The notes under the pieces: generated by a model
Told to the model about the DNA's origin: nothing
What the model saw: only the letters and a program-made list of their open reading frames with translations
Database searches by the model: none
In this document: positions 24,241 to 37,963 of the stretch, in pieces
How the letters are laid out: every line of letters begins with the position of its first letter
Numbering within the stretch: the first letter of the stretch is position 1
Position numbers and translations under genes: made by a program
Source of the DNA: Chiloscyllium plagiosum
Taxonomy: Eukaryota
Assembly (NCBI RefSeq): GCF_004010195.1
Contig: NC_057718.1
Coordinates: 59,693,622 to 59,757,621 of the forward strand
Reading direction: 5' to 3'
DNA: 64,000 nt

Positions 24241-27200
24241 TCAGAACTTAATTACAAAACACATGTATTATTAGGTAACAATAATAAGTGTATGAATATA
24301 GCATTTCTTTATAGGCAAGGGTGTTAATGAATAATTCATCCTGGGCCCAAAAGGTATAAAATTCTACTAATCTTTCAGAGGCATTTGTGTAACTCTTATA
24401 CATAAGCATTGATTCAAATAACCTTAATATAAGTAGGTCCATGAACATCTCTCAGATGACCGGTTTTCTTTAGTTGCAGTATATAGTTTGTATTGCAAAC
24501 ATTAATTGCACAGGTGATCAGCTAATTACTTAGAGAAGGTTGGACCCTGAAAAAAATTAAGAGTAAATTAACTCTTGTTTGTAATGCAAAGAAGCAAATG
24601 TCCACATCAACTACAACACTCTTCATAATACATTGCAGACAAATGTGCTGATAAATTAAAAGTGGTGTTGAAGTATTCACTGCTCAATGTTACAGATGAT
24701 TAATACCTTTGATGTAATTAAATTCCATTAGACTGGGTTCAGATGCCCAAGGAATTGGTGCCAGGCTTTAGCAGTTCTCTAGCGAGGACAAAAGACTAAT
24801 GCTTTCTAAAGCCGTGTTTCACAATTAAAATCCCAGGGAAGTCTGCATTAACTTAGGACATCTGCTTGTTGTGATTGTTTGAGCTATTGATGCATTGGAT
24901 CATTAGCAGGGCAGCATGAACCAGTGTTTTCCTGTTGACAAGGATCTCTCACCAGGAGCTGGAGCTGTTGCAGGGAATGAAGCAAGGCAGAGCAGCCAAG
25001 TCATATCTTGCACATTCACTTTGACTCATAGAATTATTGCTAACTACAGTCTCTGATGATAGGAAACAGCATTTTGCCTCCAGCCATTTTCACCAAGATC
25101 AGAGCCAAAGTGTCTCTGGCTCCTGCTGCTTTGTAACTGAGGAATCTTTAAGGCTGGCATTAGTGTAGACGATGAACAGTTTGCCCCTTCAGATGGCCAC
25201 AATAATGACCCACATGGGAGTTGTCAGTAAGGCTATACTACCAATATGACCAGGTGCTGCAACATAAGCATTTCATTAAATATTGAAGGATTTGTTTCTA
25301 GTTATAGTGGTGAAAGGAAATTTGGCCACAGTCCAAAAGCAACTAAAAATATGTGTCTGTTGTTTTTTTTCTTTTGGCTTCTTCTAATCACATTCTGGTT
25401 TGGTGTGACCTTTTTTGCTGCTAATTAGCTGCCTTCTTGAAAAGCATCATGGGTAATGTGTCCTAGGTATTACATGCTGTCACTGTATGTGTTGTTAATC
25501 ATTCTTAATATATTAATGACTTATTTACCATAATACTTATGACTTACAAATAATCTGTACAATAAAATATCCATTTTGATTTGCTAACACAAAATTCATA
25601 CAGAATAGATACACTGTTAACAATTTCAGAAAACTAAATTATTTGATTTCATACAATTCTTTCTGATATGAATATATAGAACAGCAAACCACAATGGTTC
25701 TGTCCTATTTTAATACATTGTCCTTGACACTCCGTAACCTGGACATGAATCTCACCCGGTGAGAGAAGTTGATGATTCCTTCTCATTGATGTCTATCGGA
25801 GAGCCCAATAATTTATTTTAAATAGATATAAATGGTTACTATTCTGTTGGGAAATTAATAAATGACAATAATGAATAGATGGATTGTGTTTGATCTAAGT
25901 GAATGCCATAGGCATGACGCTGATATAACAGTTTATCTGAACATCCCATCTGTCTCTTCTGGTCTGTGTAACATAATTACCATTCAGATGTAAAAATAGT
26001 TAATGTATTATTCTTTATCAATATTTCACACTTTTATATGTGTTAGCTATGCGTGCTATTCATTCAACAATCATACCTGTGACAATCCAGGTCAAATTTG
26101 CGCATTTCTTCATTGACTGTATCGCATTGGTGGAAAAATATTTTAGATACTGAAGAAACACCCTAGAATATCCCTATGGGTTTTAGCCTATAACTGAGAA
26201 TAATGGATGAGACGTTATTATTAGTGTGCTGGGGACCTAGTGCATGTGTGTTTATCTAGCTTGGAACAAAATCTTCTGCATTTCAGTTAACAGGAGCAAG
26301 TTATGTGAATTACACATGTATTAGAAAGCACAGATAAAATGTTTCCAAATGAAAGTATCGATGTGTTTGTTTCAGTAAGATTGTTCTGCACTTTATAGAT
26401 GAAATACGTTCAAGCCACATGATGGGACAGCCATTAATTATCACAAGTTTTTTTTTTACACTGATTGTCATGGTACTGACCTCACCATGGCATCTCAACA
26501 AGGAAATACTGTAGGAGTTTGATTGCTTGTATTGGAACTAGTGCATGCACATAAACACTAGTCTTATTATGATCTAAAATTATATCAGATGGTAAAATAA
26601 TGTTAAGGTCAATGCTGAGACAGGTTGTTACTTGCACTGAGAGTTGATTCTCAGTTAAACTTCCAGCTGCAGCTTATAGTAAGGCAGTAAATTGCAGCAA
26701 TGATTTCCTTCATCAAAATGGCAAACTTTTGGTCATTTAGCCTCTTGGGGATGAATTATTAATTTAATGTGAAGAGAGATAAAAATGAAATGAGTTATTG
26801 ATAGTTGAATTATATAGGTACAGGGATATTTTGAATATTTTACCATCTAAGCTCACTTATTTATTTAATGTTAAAATACTATTAACAATAAAAATCTCAA
26901 TATGGTAGTTACTAGTCATACTTCATTACAGTGGCAAATGAACAGAAAAATGTACTGAAATTCTATTTGTCATTTTTCTGATTAAAAGAAACAAAATAAT
27001 AGAATTGTGTGTAATTGTTAAAACCTGATCAGTTTTAAAGTAAAAATTGAATGCCATACAATCCTAATATAGTTGTTAATAGTTGGAGAGGTAAATGTTT
27101 GTCAGAAGTAATGTCTTATAGGTAAAATTGTTCAAATAAAATAACCAAAGCAGTATTGTTGATTTTACAGTAATAATGAAATGCTAGTGTACTGGAGGTA

Positions 27201-30200
27201 GATGGCACTGTAGTTAAATACCATTTTGACCTTTCCAATATACTGTACTTTCATCTTAATTGCATACAATAGTGTGTGATCCAGATGATGATAATAGCAT
27301 ATCAAGATAATTTAACAATTTGCCAAAAATGTTGAATTATGTCCCCAGTATTCAGTGAAAAGAAAACATGTATTCACCTTTTTCAGCAAGCTTATAAACT
27401 GCAGTGTGGTTTTGGATTCATCCATGTGAATTTGTTAACATAATTTGGATGGAAATGAATTCATAAAACAGTAAAATAATTCTTATAAAAAAGTGCTAAA
27501 CATATTTATAAATGTAAAAATGATTTCTTTACAAACTACACCTTTTAAAGTGAATTAATTTTCTTATACACTTATTTTGCACCTACTTTTCAATTGGTTC
27601 ATATAAAATATTCTGTGAAAAACATTTGCAGATAAAATATTGATGCAACTGAATTCTACTAACAAATAGTATTAATGTTTGTCTCTGTAGACTAAAACCT
27701 AAAGGTAAGCATGAAACTAATTTTATCCCATCCTGGTGTGGTCAGATTGATGATGACAAAGTAGGGTGAAAACAAAATATCAGATATTTGACATTGAGAA
27801 AATGTTCCTGACTTTCCCTTCAAGCCTTAAATGGTGATTTCAGAATCTGTCTTGAGTTGCAACCACGTCATTTCCATGCATTTTTATTTTCATTAAAATT
27901 CCTCCTTTTTACATCCCACTTTTAATTTTCCTCTCCTCTACCGAGAAATTAGATGGCTCACATTTCCAATAAGTAAAACAGAGCGGTATATGAAGTCTGC
28001 AGCTCGGGAATACCTATCCCAGCCATCATGCCACAATATCCCTGTACCCTCAATGGCCACCATTTTCCATTTTACTTCATCCAGACATAACCTCACATTG
28101 GCAAAATAACAGCCTCATCATATCACCATGCTTGCTCTTGGACCAACTGAGCCACTGTTACAGGCCTTCAGAAAGCTTTTTGCAGCTGAGGAACACCTCT
28201 GACTTGCATGTTTCTGCCTGGTAACTTTATTTGGAGGTACAGCCAAACATCTCTTGCATCTTCACAGCATGCTTTTGCTTATGGCTCTCAGTTTGCCTTC
28301 TTAGCATTCACTGACTTTGGCACGGAGTTACAGACTTCTAGCTCCTGTATGGTTACATTCCTAATTTAGTACATAGTATCTTGAGTTCCTCAGTTACAGT
28401 TAGATCTTTTCTGTGGTTTAATTTGTCTATTAGCACAAAGAATGAGAGGCAGGCCATTTTTGAGGGTAGGGAGCACTGAAGAGTAAATGTTTTGGTCAGA
28501 AAAGGGCTAGCCATGTCACTGTTTAAAGGCACCATACTACGTCAATGTCACGACTACCGTCCATGTCAGCAGCTCCAAAGCAAAAGACACTGCATGTTCT
28601 TCAAGTAAATAGCAAATTGGGAAAATCAAAGAGGAAGACTCCTCAGTTGACAATATGAAGAAAGACAGTCAGTCAGGGGATACCATCTCAGTTAGTCAAG
28701 AGGCCAGCCTGGTTACATTTTAAGAGATGGACATGGTAAGTCCCGCAGATCAATTGGAAGAAATAAAGGAGTACTAGCCTTGTCGATGTGATGTAGCTAA
28801 GAGAAGATAGTGGCATTTAACCTTGTGGAACGCAGAAGATCAAAGACTTTCTTGTACTGCTGGACATCTTTTTCACTTGGGATGCAGCACTAACCCCTGC
28901 TGCAGTTTGGGTTCAGGAATGCTGAGTCTGTTGATCTGGTCTCTTTTAGAAGTCAACAGAAAAAATGGAATCATCCTATGCACCATCCCATCCACCAGCA
29001 GCTGTGGATCTATGTACTGCAAGTGGATAGCTGGTTGTCTTTCCCTTGTGTTAGTTTTAGTGCCAAGCACCAGTATTTGAGAAGTTATTCCTAGCTTGCA
29101 GTATCTGAAGTGGTATGTGGCTGGGGTCTAAATATGGCACCAGAGATGTATAAAGCAGAATGTCCCCCCAGTGGCAAACACTTCTGTCTCTCTGGCCATG
29201 CGATTCCCTGAGAAATGTGCCTAACCGATTGGTTCCCTAAGCAATGAGGTGAAAAACAGTTATTGCCTGAGAATCTTGCAAATGGGAAAATTCTGCTCAT
29301 TATGCTGACAAATTAATCTCACAAAATTCACAATATTCACCAAATTCACTGTTTTTGACAATATTTGGATTATGTAAGTATCTGTAACGTTTTAACTGTT
29401 ATGTCAAATGTTTATAATTCGAATAGTTTGATTTTCACCTGTCTAACATCTGTTCTATATATTTTATTTTATTCCCAGAATTCTAAGCAAGTTTAACAGT
29501 TAGTGACTCAATAAAAATAAAATTCAAGTTAGGAAAAATCTATGGGCAGAAATGTGTCAGGTTCTGAGAAATTTGGGCTGTGGCGAGATATGGGGAGAAA
29601 TGGAGGACAAATCAGGCAAGGCCCAACCTGATGGTAAAATCATCTAGTTCTACTATTTATGCTTTTCACAAATGATGTGACAAAATTCTTGCTAGGCAGT
29701 GGTGAGATGCCTGTTGATGGTTCTTATTAATTATCAAAGGGCTTGTTCAGGCAGACCCTTGCCTCACTACACCCACTCTGCCAAACTTGTCAAACAAGCT
29801 TGGTGTCAGGAAGACCCAACAAAGAAACCAGAGAAAGCACCTCATGGATTCTGCTTGCTGCTTGCTCTGAACAACCTTCATACTGGACACCAGACCACCA
29901 CCATCTCAGGACACACCCCATGGGCCCCTGCTACACGCACCCCATGGATATTGGCATCCGACCCTTATGGCACATCTCCAATTCACTTACAGTTTGCTTC
30001 TGCACTTCAGTGCTACACCTTGTGCCACACTGATAACTATCATTGTAATACTGCAACAAGATCATTGTGCTCGGAGCCATGCATCTATTCGTGAACTGGA
30101 CCAGACTGCATCTCTGGGTTCTTTTTCCCTCTTCGCTTGCTTTCACAGCTTTTACTCACTCTATGCACAGCGGAATGCTCAAACGCACCTCTGCCTTTTC

Positions 30201-33200
30201 TTTTTGCGCTTTGCCCCTTCAACCAGAAAAAGCAGCCCCCTATTACGTCTGTTCTTTGCCATTTAACACAGACACAAAAGCAGGAAGCTTGTTACTTTTG
30301 TCAGCAGGCCTCAGTCAATTCAAAGGGAATATACATTACTCAGAGGGTCATGGGCAGCCACCGATACTACTCAAGGGCTTGGACATTGTCAGTGAGCAGC
30401 TCAGGCTGGTCAGAATCAGGATCCTGTATTCATAAGGGATGAGGAATTATGTGACAGTCAGCACTCCATACCTGTCTTGAATCATTCTACCTTATAGTGA
30501 GTTGCTGCCTTATAGTGAGTTGTTTTCTTCCTGGAATGAGAACGAGAGGCAGGTATTACTGGAGATGACAGAGGGTTGCATAACTTGTTAGTTTTAGTAC
30601 AAGTGGAGAAGTAACCCAAGGGAGTGAGTAGGCAATGCAGAGAGAATGTCAAGGGTTGAAGAATTTGAAGATGGCACCAGCCCAAGGGATGATGATGAGT
30701 TCTGGGATATCTACTGAGTGGTGAGTTGTTCTGGGAACAGCATGACGTAAGGCAGAGAGGGAATCAAACCTGAGAGCTACCAAAGGGCATTTTCGTTAAT
30801 TAATAAGGTGAACTAAATAAGATAGTGAGAGAACCTGTTAAGCCTCAAGGTGACAAACACTGCATATCATGGTGCAACCTGGACTTATGCAAAAAAAGTA
30901 AGATTTAAGTCCAATGTAGTATAATATTGGCAGTGCTATTTGCTTTAAATTAAGCATCTTTGTCATATAATTTGTTAATTTACAAACTTTTTACCATATG
31001 GCCTTAAATCTTGCCACTCAGATTTAAGATAACAAATGAGTCTTTTATGTGCATCTCAATTTTTTACAGATGTCGTTGATCAATTCATAACACCTTTTGA
31101 CAGTTCATAAATATCTTGATATTTTACAAGTCATTTGAAAGAGTTTCTTCCATTCAAAAACTTGTAACCTATGTCAAGTGAATAAACAAATGAGATAAAC
31201 AGACCTGAATAGAAATTGTGTCTAAAATTTAGTATGGCCAAATGATTTTCCATGGAAAATATTTTATCTAAAAATTTTCAACATTCATGATAAAATGTTA
31301 AACATGATGCGGATTATGTTTTCAGGATTAATAGATATATCAGACAAAAAGTCAAATTCTAATGAGAAATAAAACAGAACATGCAAGAAATATGCAGCAG
31401 CTTAGACAGTGGACAAGAGAAATACTGTTAATTGATTTTGATTCAAGACATTAGACTACTCTGCAGTATCATTCTCTCTTGCAAGAAATAGTTTGATTAA
31501 TTTTTAAAAAGAAAATATTTAAAAAGGAACACAATTTTTTGACATATATTTTGATTTGAGAATAATGTGATGGATGTTGAATGTCTCAAACGAATGGAGA
31601 GTAAAACATTTACAATTTTATATTGCCATGCAATAAATGTACCTGGAGACTCAATTTTAATGTGTGCTCAGATGCATTTGTTTACAGATGCTGTGACAAT
31701 CTGAGAATATTGTGACACTCAGCAGGACTTCTTCTGTGCCGATTTAACAGGACGTTGTGAAAAATAAATGAAACAATATGAAGTCGGTATAACATGTCCA
31801 TTTTCTCTACAGTCCCAAGGATTATTAGCAGCCCATAATGCATACTAATCATTAAGTTGGCAGAAGCATGCTTTTACAATCATGCATTCATTTAAGGAAC
31901 TCTTTGTTTACTATCCCTTTCTGTAACTATAAAATTTTAATTATGCACTGACAGGAACTGTGTGTGATACAGTGCTCTACATTTATCACTGGGAGAGGGC
32001 CAGTTGCATATCTGTTTGACTTTGGAGAAATCCTGATGTGTCTGCAATGTTGAGCAGCAGGTGCCACATTATTATGTACAGAAAAGCAATTAGGAAGCAT
32101 ATTGGATGAGTGGGGAGTGCATTAATATTAGCAAGTACATTTGTCAGTGGTTTTGATGCAAGTCTTTTCTTTTCTTTATGCAACATTAAGATTGTGGCTA
32201 TCATAAATTCTGTCCTTAAATTGCCATCTGTTCACTTGTCATGCAGCAGTGAGATGGAGAAAAGTTTTGTTGACAAAAAATGTATTTAATTAGTTTTATT
32301 TGAAGTACATGCAAGCAAGCATGTAAGTAATGCAGAAGTGTAGTCATGGCAAGTGAAGTATGAATATAAAAAGACCAGCATGATGTACAAGATTTTAGTA
32401 TCTTTTTACATATTAAGAGCATCATATCTAGGAGAGGATGATTTATTTTTCATGCTGTAAAACCATATAAAATAATGCTTTATTTTATCTTGAAGCAATT
32501 AGAGAATGCTGAGTCAAGTAGGGAACACAAAACAAAGAAAGCAGTAGTCCATTATATTAAATTGCGGGCTTGGATATTCTGCTTTATCTCTCTGTCTTTT
32601 CAAAGTGCCCCTTTACTCTGTTAGTTAAAATATGCTGACAATTAAATGTGTTTTTTTCAATAAAAAATAGATTGTGAAAATAACTTAAAAGTAATTAATT
32701 GTGGCACACAGTAATAATGATTCTTTAATACTTCTCAATGCAGTCAAAAACAACATAAATTACACAAATGGAGATTTCTCTTAATCTGGTTATTAGATTT
32801 TCAAAGTTCTGTTTTTACGTTTTCTGGAGAACATTAGCTTATTCTTCCCATAAGATTCTACCATCGCCTGTAAATATTGAGATGCAGGAATGGAAAGATC
32901 TTTAAATCTCATCATTTCCCTGCAAATATTTGGTCAGACAAAAACATATAGCAGTATGCCACATAATATCAGTATGTGTCAGAATGTGGCTGACAGTATG
33001 GAAGAAGTTAATCATTTTGTAAAAAATGGTGTGAGAGAAAGGCATTGCTGTCAGATATCAGGTCAGTATGTTTATGGAAACAGTGAAAAATTCTACTTGT
33101 TACAGATACAATGTAATAAAAAGCTGCACAAAATGTAATCTTGAAAGGATATGGCAAATAAAATGTTTGAAAGCCAAAATAGTGACGCAATTGATATTAC

Positions 33201-33578
33201 AAATGCCTTAATGGCTAAGATAAATTATGGAGGAATTCAATTTCAATCATCTAAACATTAATTGTCATATTCTACAGAGTAAATTCTAAATAGATATTTT
33301 CCCAAGATTATGTGGTGGTAGAAACTTTGTTCACTAAGTATGCCCAAGCAAGGAGTGACTTCATCATCTTTGGTCAGCCCTCTCTAGTTTGAAAGCTGTG
33401 CAACAGGATCATCACGGACATCCACAGAACTGGTAGTTCATATTGTCATTATTGGTACTTAGGGGAACTTCAGCATTAATGCCACCTCTAGCCTTTCTCT
33501 GGGCATCTTGGAAATTGGTGTAGATGATCATTGAAGCATACCAAATCAAATTTCTCTGCTTAATTCCAAATGGACTAT

Positions 33579-33795
33579 TGGAATGCGCTGCCAGAGGAAT
33601 TGGTGGAGGCTGGTACAATTGCAACATTTAAGAGGCATTTGGATGGGTATATGAATAGGAAGGGTTTGGAGGGATATGGGCCGGGTGCTGGCAGGTGGGA
33701 CTAGATTGGGTTGGGATATCTGGTCGGCATGGATGGGTTGGACCGAAGGGTCTGTTTCCATGCTGTACATCTCTATGACTCTATGACTCTGTGAC
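33579..33795 (+). mobile_element. Young CR1 3'-end fragment
   Basis: Closely matches 47367-47570. (CTATGACT)n tail. Confidence 0.9.
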
Positions 33796-33799
33796 AGTA

Positions 33800-33885
33800 C
33801 AGGTGCACAATCCTTTATCCAAAGTGATCGGGACCAGCTGGTTTTCGGAATTCAGAATTTTTTGAATTTCAGAATAAGTGGCAGT
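33800..33885. mobile_element. Possible Tc1/mariner (Tigger-like) terminal fragment
   Basis: TA followed by CAGGTGCACAATCCTTTATCC resembles a Tigger-type TIR. The other end is not seen. Confidence 0.35.
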
Positions 33886-33961
33886 TAATTTTTAAAAATC
33901 TTTCTGAAGAATTAGACTTACTGTGAGTAAAATAGGCCCTGAAACAAAATTGAGGCCTGCC

Positions 33962-34465
33962 AGGGAGCCTCCAGGGTGGAGAAATAATTGGGTATGGCGG
34001 GGTGGGGGGGGGGAGGAGATGGGGTGGGGGAGGTGGGGTGGCNNNNNNNNNNNNNNNNNNNNNNNNNNNNNNNNNNNNNNNNNNNNNNNNNNNNNNNNNN
34101 NNNNNNNNNNNNNNNNNNNNNNNNNNNNNNNNNNNNNNNNNNNNNNNNNNNNNNNNNNNNNNNNNNNNNNNNNNNNNNNNNNNNNNNNNNNNNNNNNNNN
34201 NNNNNNNNNNNNNNNNNNNNNNNNNNNNNNNNNNNNNNNNNNNNNNNNNNNNNNNNNNNNNNNNNNNNNNNNNNNNNNNNNNNNNNNNNNNNNNNNNNNN
34301 NNNNNNNNNNNNNNNNNNNNNNNNNNNNNNNNNNNNNNNNNNNNNNNNNNNNNNNNNNNNNNNTCCACCCTGGAGGCTCCCTCCATCTTTTCCTGATGAA
34401 ACGTTGATTTTCCTGCTCCTTGGATGCCACCTGACCTGCCGTGCTTTTCCGGCACCACACTAATT
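33962..34465. mobile_element. PLE insertion with inverted arms spanning an assembly gap
   Basis: Perfect 19-bp inverted repeat 33962-33980 / 34364-34382. 34390-34460 is the short-PLE arm with hammerhead stem II deleted (CTGATGAAACGTT). Confidence 0.65.
34043..34363. other. Assembly gap (N run)
   Basis: Run of N. Confidence 1.
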
Positions 34466-35212
34466 TTAATCAAAAACATCCCTTTGTTCTCCGAGGACAC
34501 TATCGTCTTTCAGCCTTCCTCAGAGCAAGTCAGCATTGACCAACCACTAACATTAACTCAGCTACTACATCAGCCCGTTCAGGACTTCACTTTGGAAATC
34601 AGGGACACCTACGACTTGCACACTTCTGCTGGGTTGCTTTGCATATAGGAACATTCATGTGTTTCATACATCTACACAGAATACAATTTATAGCGTTAGC
34701 TTAATTCCTTCACACTCACTCAATTTGAGCTTACTTGGAGGCTGCCAGCCTCTGTGGCATGCATTGGCTTTTAGTGTAAAAGGAGAGCTCACAGCTCATT
34801 ATGGCTCAGAGTACTGGACCAGTTGTTGTATGGCACTGTGCTATGTCATGTTCAGGCATGCACTGCATGCTGGTAATGTACATGCTAACACATTACATGA
34901 GCTTCAACCACCCATGAATGTCAAAGTGGGGTTGAGGAGGACTACAGTCAGTCCAGGGTACCACCCAGTCAGTCAAGAGCTGGTCCAATTACACACTGGG
35001 GGTGGTCATGGTCTGTCCTGCAAGTTCAGATACAACAAGTCCAGGGATTACAGGTACATTAATCAGAATGTTTCGGAGGTATCAGTTCAGGGGGTGGATG
35101 GAGGGGGAATATATTTTTCCTGCCATGTGACTAAGCGAGGGACTGAGTTTGATGGTAGTGCATAGAATAGCAACATGACAGCAGAAATGGTAAGGTAATC
35201 CCAGTGAGTTAA

Positions 35213-35306
35213 AATTCAACCACCTGATGAAGAAACAGCACTTTAAAGGCTAGTGCTTCCAAATAAACCTGTTGGTCCAAAACCCGATGTTATGTGATTT
35301 TTTTAA
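35213..35306 (+). mobile_element. 94-bp PLE 3' fragment with decayed hammerhead
   Basis: Matches 11500-11592. 11-bp TSD CAGTGAGTTAA (35202-35212, 35307-35317). Confidence 0.75.
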
Positions 35307-36414
35307 CAGTGAGTTAATAGGAAGCTCAGAGGGCAGGAATATAGAATAAAATAACTTGGGAGAATGAGGTGGGGCAGAGCCAATGAGTGGATATGTTGCA
35401 TGCAATGGTAAGAGTTGTAGTCTGTGAGCCTTGGTGAGTGATGTGTGCAGCAGTAGAGTTAAAGTGAATTGTTGCCTTATAAGTCTGAAGTAACAGGGAG
35501 AAAATGGTGCAGATATCATTGAAGATCCTTTAAAGATCATTGACCTTCTTCATGCACTGCTGTGCATTGTTACACCAGACACACTACACTGACTTGGGTC
35601 ATTAACTCCATCTAGCCTGACTGACTCCAGTAGCATGGACCTCCTTTGGTGGTCAGCAAGAAAAAGCATTGTTCTCCTTTGCATTACCCCATCTGTCAAC
35701 ACCTCCATATAGCTTTACATCTAAGCCAAACCACAGTTATTATCATCAAGAATAAACATATATAGAAACTACTTCGAATTTACGGTCTGTTGTGAAATTT
35801 CTTTTGTAATTTTGAGTATTGATTGAATCAGTGCTTAAAAGGTTAACCAAAATTTTCCATAATGGCTCTACATATGCTAATATGCTTCCAAAATTATGTG
35901 AGTATGACATATGCATACCTTTGATGCTGGCCACACTGGATGCCATTTTGTTGAGAATGTTACCACAAACACAGGGAGCATGCACCAAAATTAAATAGAA
36001 TAAGTAGTTCTGATATCAATCAATGTGCAATACTCAATTTTGGACATCAATGCTCCAGCTAAGTTCCTGTCTCAGTCTTGCACAGTTGAATAGTGGGAAG
36101 GAACCCCACTAGCATTTAGTCCTGACCTCAAAGATTCTACTTAAACCACTGGCTTCCTGACATGGATACACTTTATCACCTTAGCTGCAACATGGTTGGG
36201 AGACTGAACAGAGGGGATACGAAGGAAGACAAGTTGATGAAAGAGGGAGGAGGAGAAGGACCTTCAGCATGGGGTGTTATTTGTCCAGAATCTTCAGGGA
36301 GAAATCCTTTGTTCATCACCCTCAGTGAGAACACTTTATCACTATCACTTCATTGAGGTGGCTGTTTTTGAACTCAAGCACCTGATGCAGCCTTAGGGCA
36401 GGACAAAAATAGGA

Positions 36415-36905
36415 TGATAGAAAATAGGAGCAGGAGGAGATAAATTGGCCCTTTGAACCTGCTCCACCATTTAATCAGATCACGGCTGACATTTTATCTC
36501 AACAATATTTTCTGACACTATCCCCATATTCCTCGATGTCTTAATATCTGGAAATCTATTGGTCCCTATCTTTAACATGCTCGATGACTGAGCCTCCACA
36601 GCTGCTGGGGTAGAGAATGCTTAAGATTTCCCACTCTCTGAGTGGAGAATTTTCCTCATCTGATTCATTTTTGGCCTGCTCCTTATTGTGAAATTGTGTT
36701 GCCAAGTCCTAGACTCCCCCAGCCAGATGAAACATTCTTCCTGCTTCTTCCCTTAACCCTTTAAAAAGTTTGTAAATTTCAATGAAATCACATCACATTC
36801 TGTTAAACTCTGGAGAACACAGGTCCACTTTCCTCAGTCTGTCAATCCCAGGAAGTAGTCCAGTAAATGACTGCTGCACTCCCTCAGTGGAAAGTATATC
36901 CTTTC
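36415..36905 (-). mobile_element. Older CR1 3'-end fragment
   Basis: ATAGGAGCAGGAGGAG...CCCTTTGAACCTGCTCCACCAT is the reverse complement of a typical CR1 3' UTR, followed by ORF2 C-terminal-like sequence. Confidence 0.7.
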
Positions 36906-37812
36906 TTTGCTTTGTGGGATCTGCATTTTAAATCTGATCATACTACAAATGGAAAAGATTCAAATCTTTTAGTTGTTAAAAGGAGTGTGATTATTCAGAG
37001 TGTACCTTGCAGATGAATTCATTCTGTGGTATTTTACTTGTGTCTTACCGACCATGCAATGCCTGTTGTATGCTACAGAAGCTCACTCTCATGATGGTCC
37101 AGTGGTGGAAGTAGAGTCCTTGAATATATTCAAGCCAAATTCTTGATAAGGAAAGAGTGCAAGGTTATTGGGGGGGAGGGGAGAATGTGGAGTAATCACA
37201 TCAGCTGTGATTGTATTGAAGGTTTGCATGGCTGTGTTGTTTATTCCTGCTCTAATTTGTATCATTGTATGTACCCGTGCACCTGCCATGAACTTATGAG
37301 CATAATGGGAGGTGTCAAGTGTGTCAACCATTTCGGAAGCTATTAAAGGCTTCATCCAGTAGCATTCTGATCAAATGGGTAGGGAGCAAGTATCCAACAA
37401 TCAGCCCAGCAGATTTAATCAGAAGGCTGCTGGTCACCAACAGAGGAAATGTGCGCCTTTTGCTCATTTGAGATTCTCCACCCCTTACCCATGCTCACCC
37501 TTGTCCGAACCTGTTACCCTGTTCCCAGAGAGATCTCAGACACAGTTGAATGTCTAGGCTCATTGGTGATTGCCACCTCTTGACCTCGGTACAGTACAAG
37601 CAATAGCCACCTTTCTTGTTTGTTGCAGTGGGAATGGGGAGCCTCTTGGACTGTCTCATGGAGGCAGAGGGTCCTCACCTGAAAAATTAAAGAGAGTCAA
37701 ACTGACTAGGTGGAGGAGGCAGTTTCATCTCAAAATTGATGCTGGGTTAGGGGTGCTTGCCCTCAGCATAACTTCCATCCTGTTTTCTTCTCTCTGCTCC
37801 TGACGTGCATAG

Positions 37813-37963
37813 AGGTAAAAACAATGACTGCAGATGCTGGAAACCAGATTCTGGATCAGTGGTGCTGGATTCCTGATGAAGGGCTTTTGCCCGAAACGTC
37901 GATTTTGCCTGTCCTCGGATGCTGCCTGAATTGCTGTGCTCTTCCAGCACCACTGATCCAGAA
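37813..37963. mobile_element. 151-bp PLE-derived element: inverted arm with tail, intact hammerhead, sense arm
   Basis: 15-bp TSD TCCTGACGTGCATAG (37798-37812, 37964-37978). Perfect 23-bp inverted repeat 37847-37869 / 37943-37965. Confidence 0.9.
37869..37904 (+). ncRNA. Minimal hammerhead ribozyme motif
   Basis: CTGATGA-a-GGGC-tttt-GCCC-GAAA-CG-TC: intact core, GUC cleavage triplet, palindromic ACGT. Confidence 0.8.

Noticed and set aside
27780..30900. Further Harbinger-like fossils (also 34500-35700)
   Set aside because: Only a general resemblance, with no translatable motif I can defend.
33892..34500. Long ORFs across N runs (also 9113-9485)
   Set aside because: Artefacts of assembly gaps.
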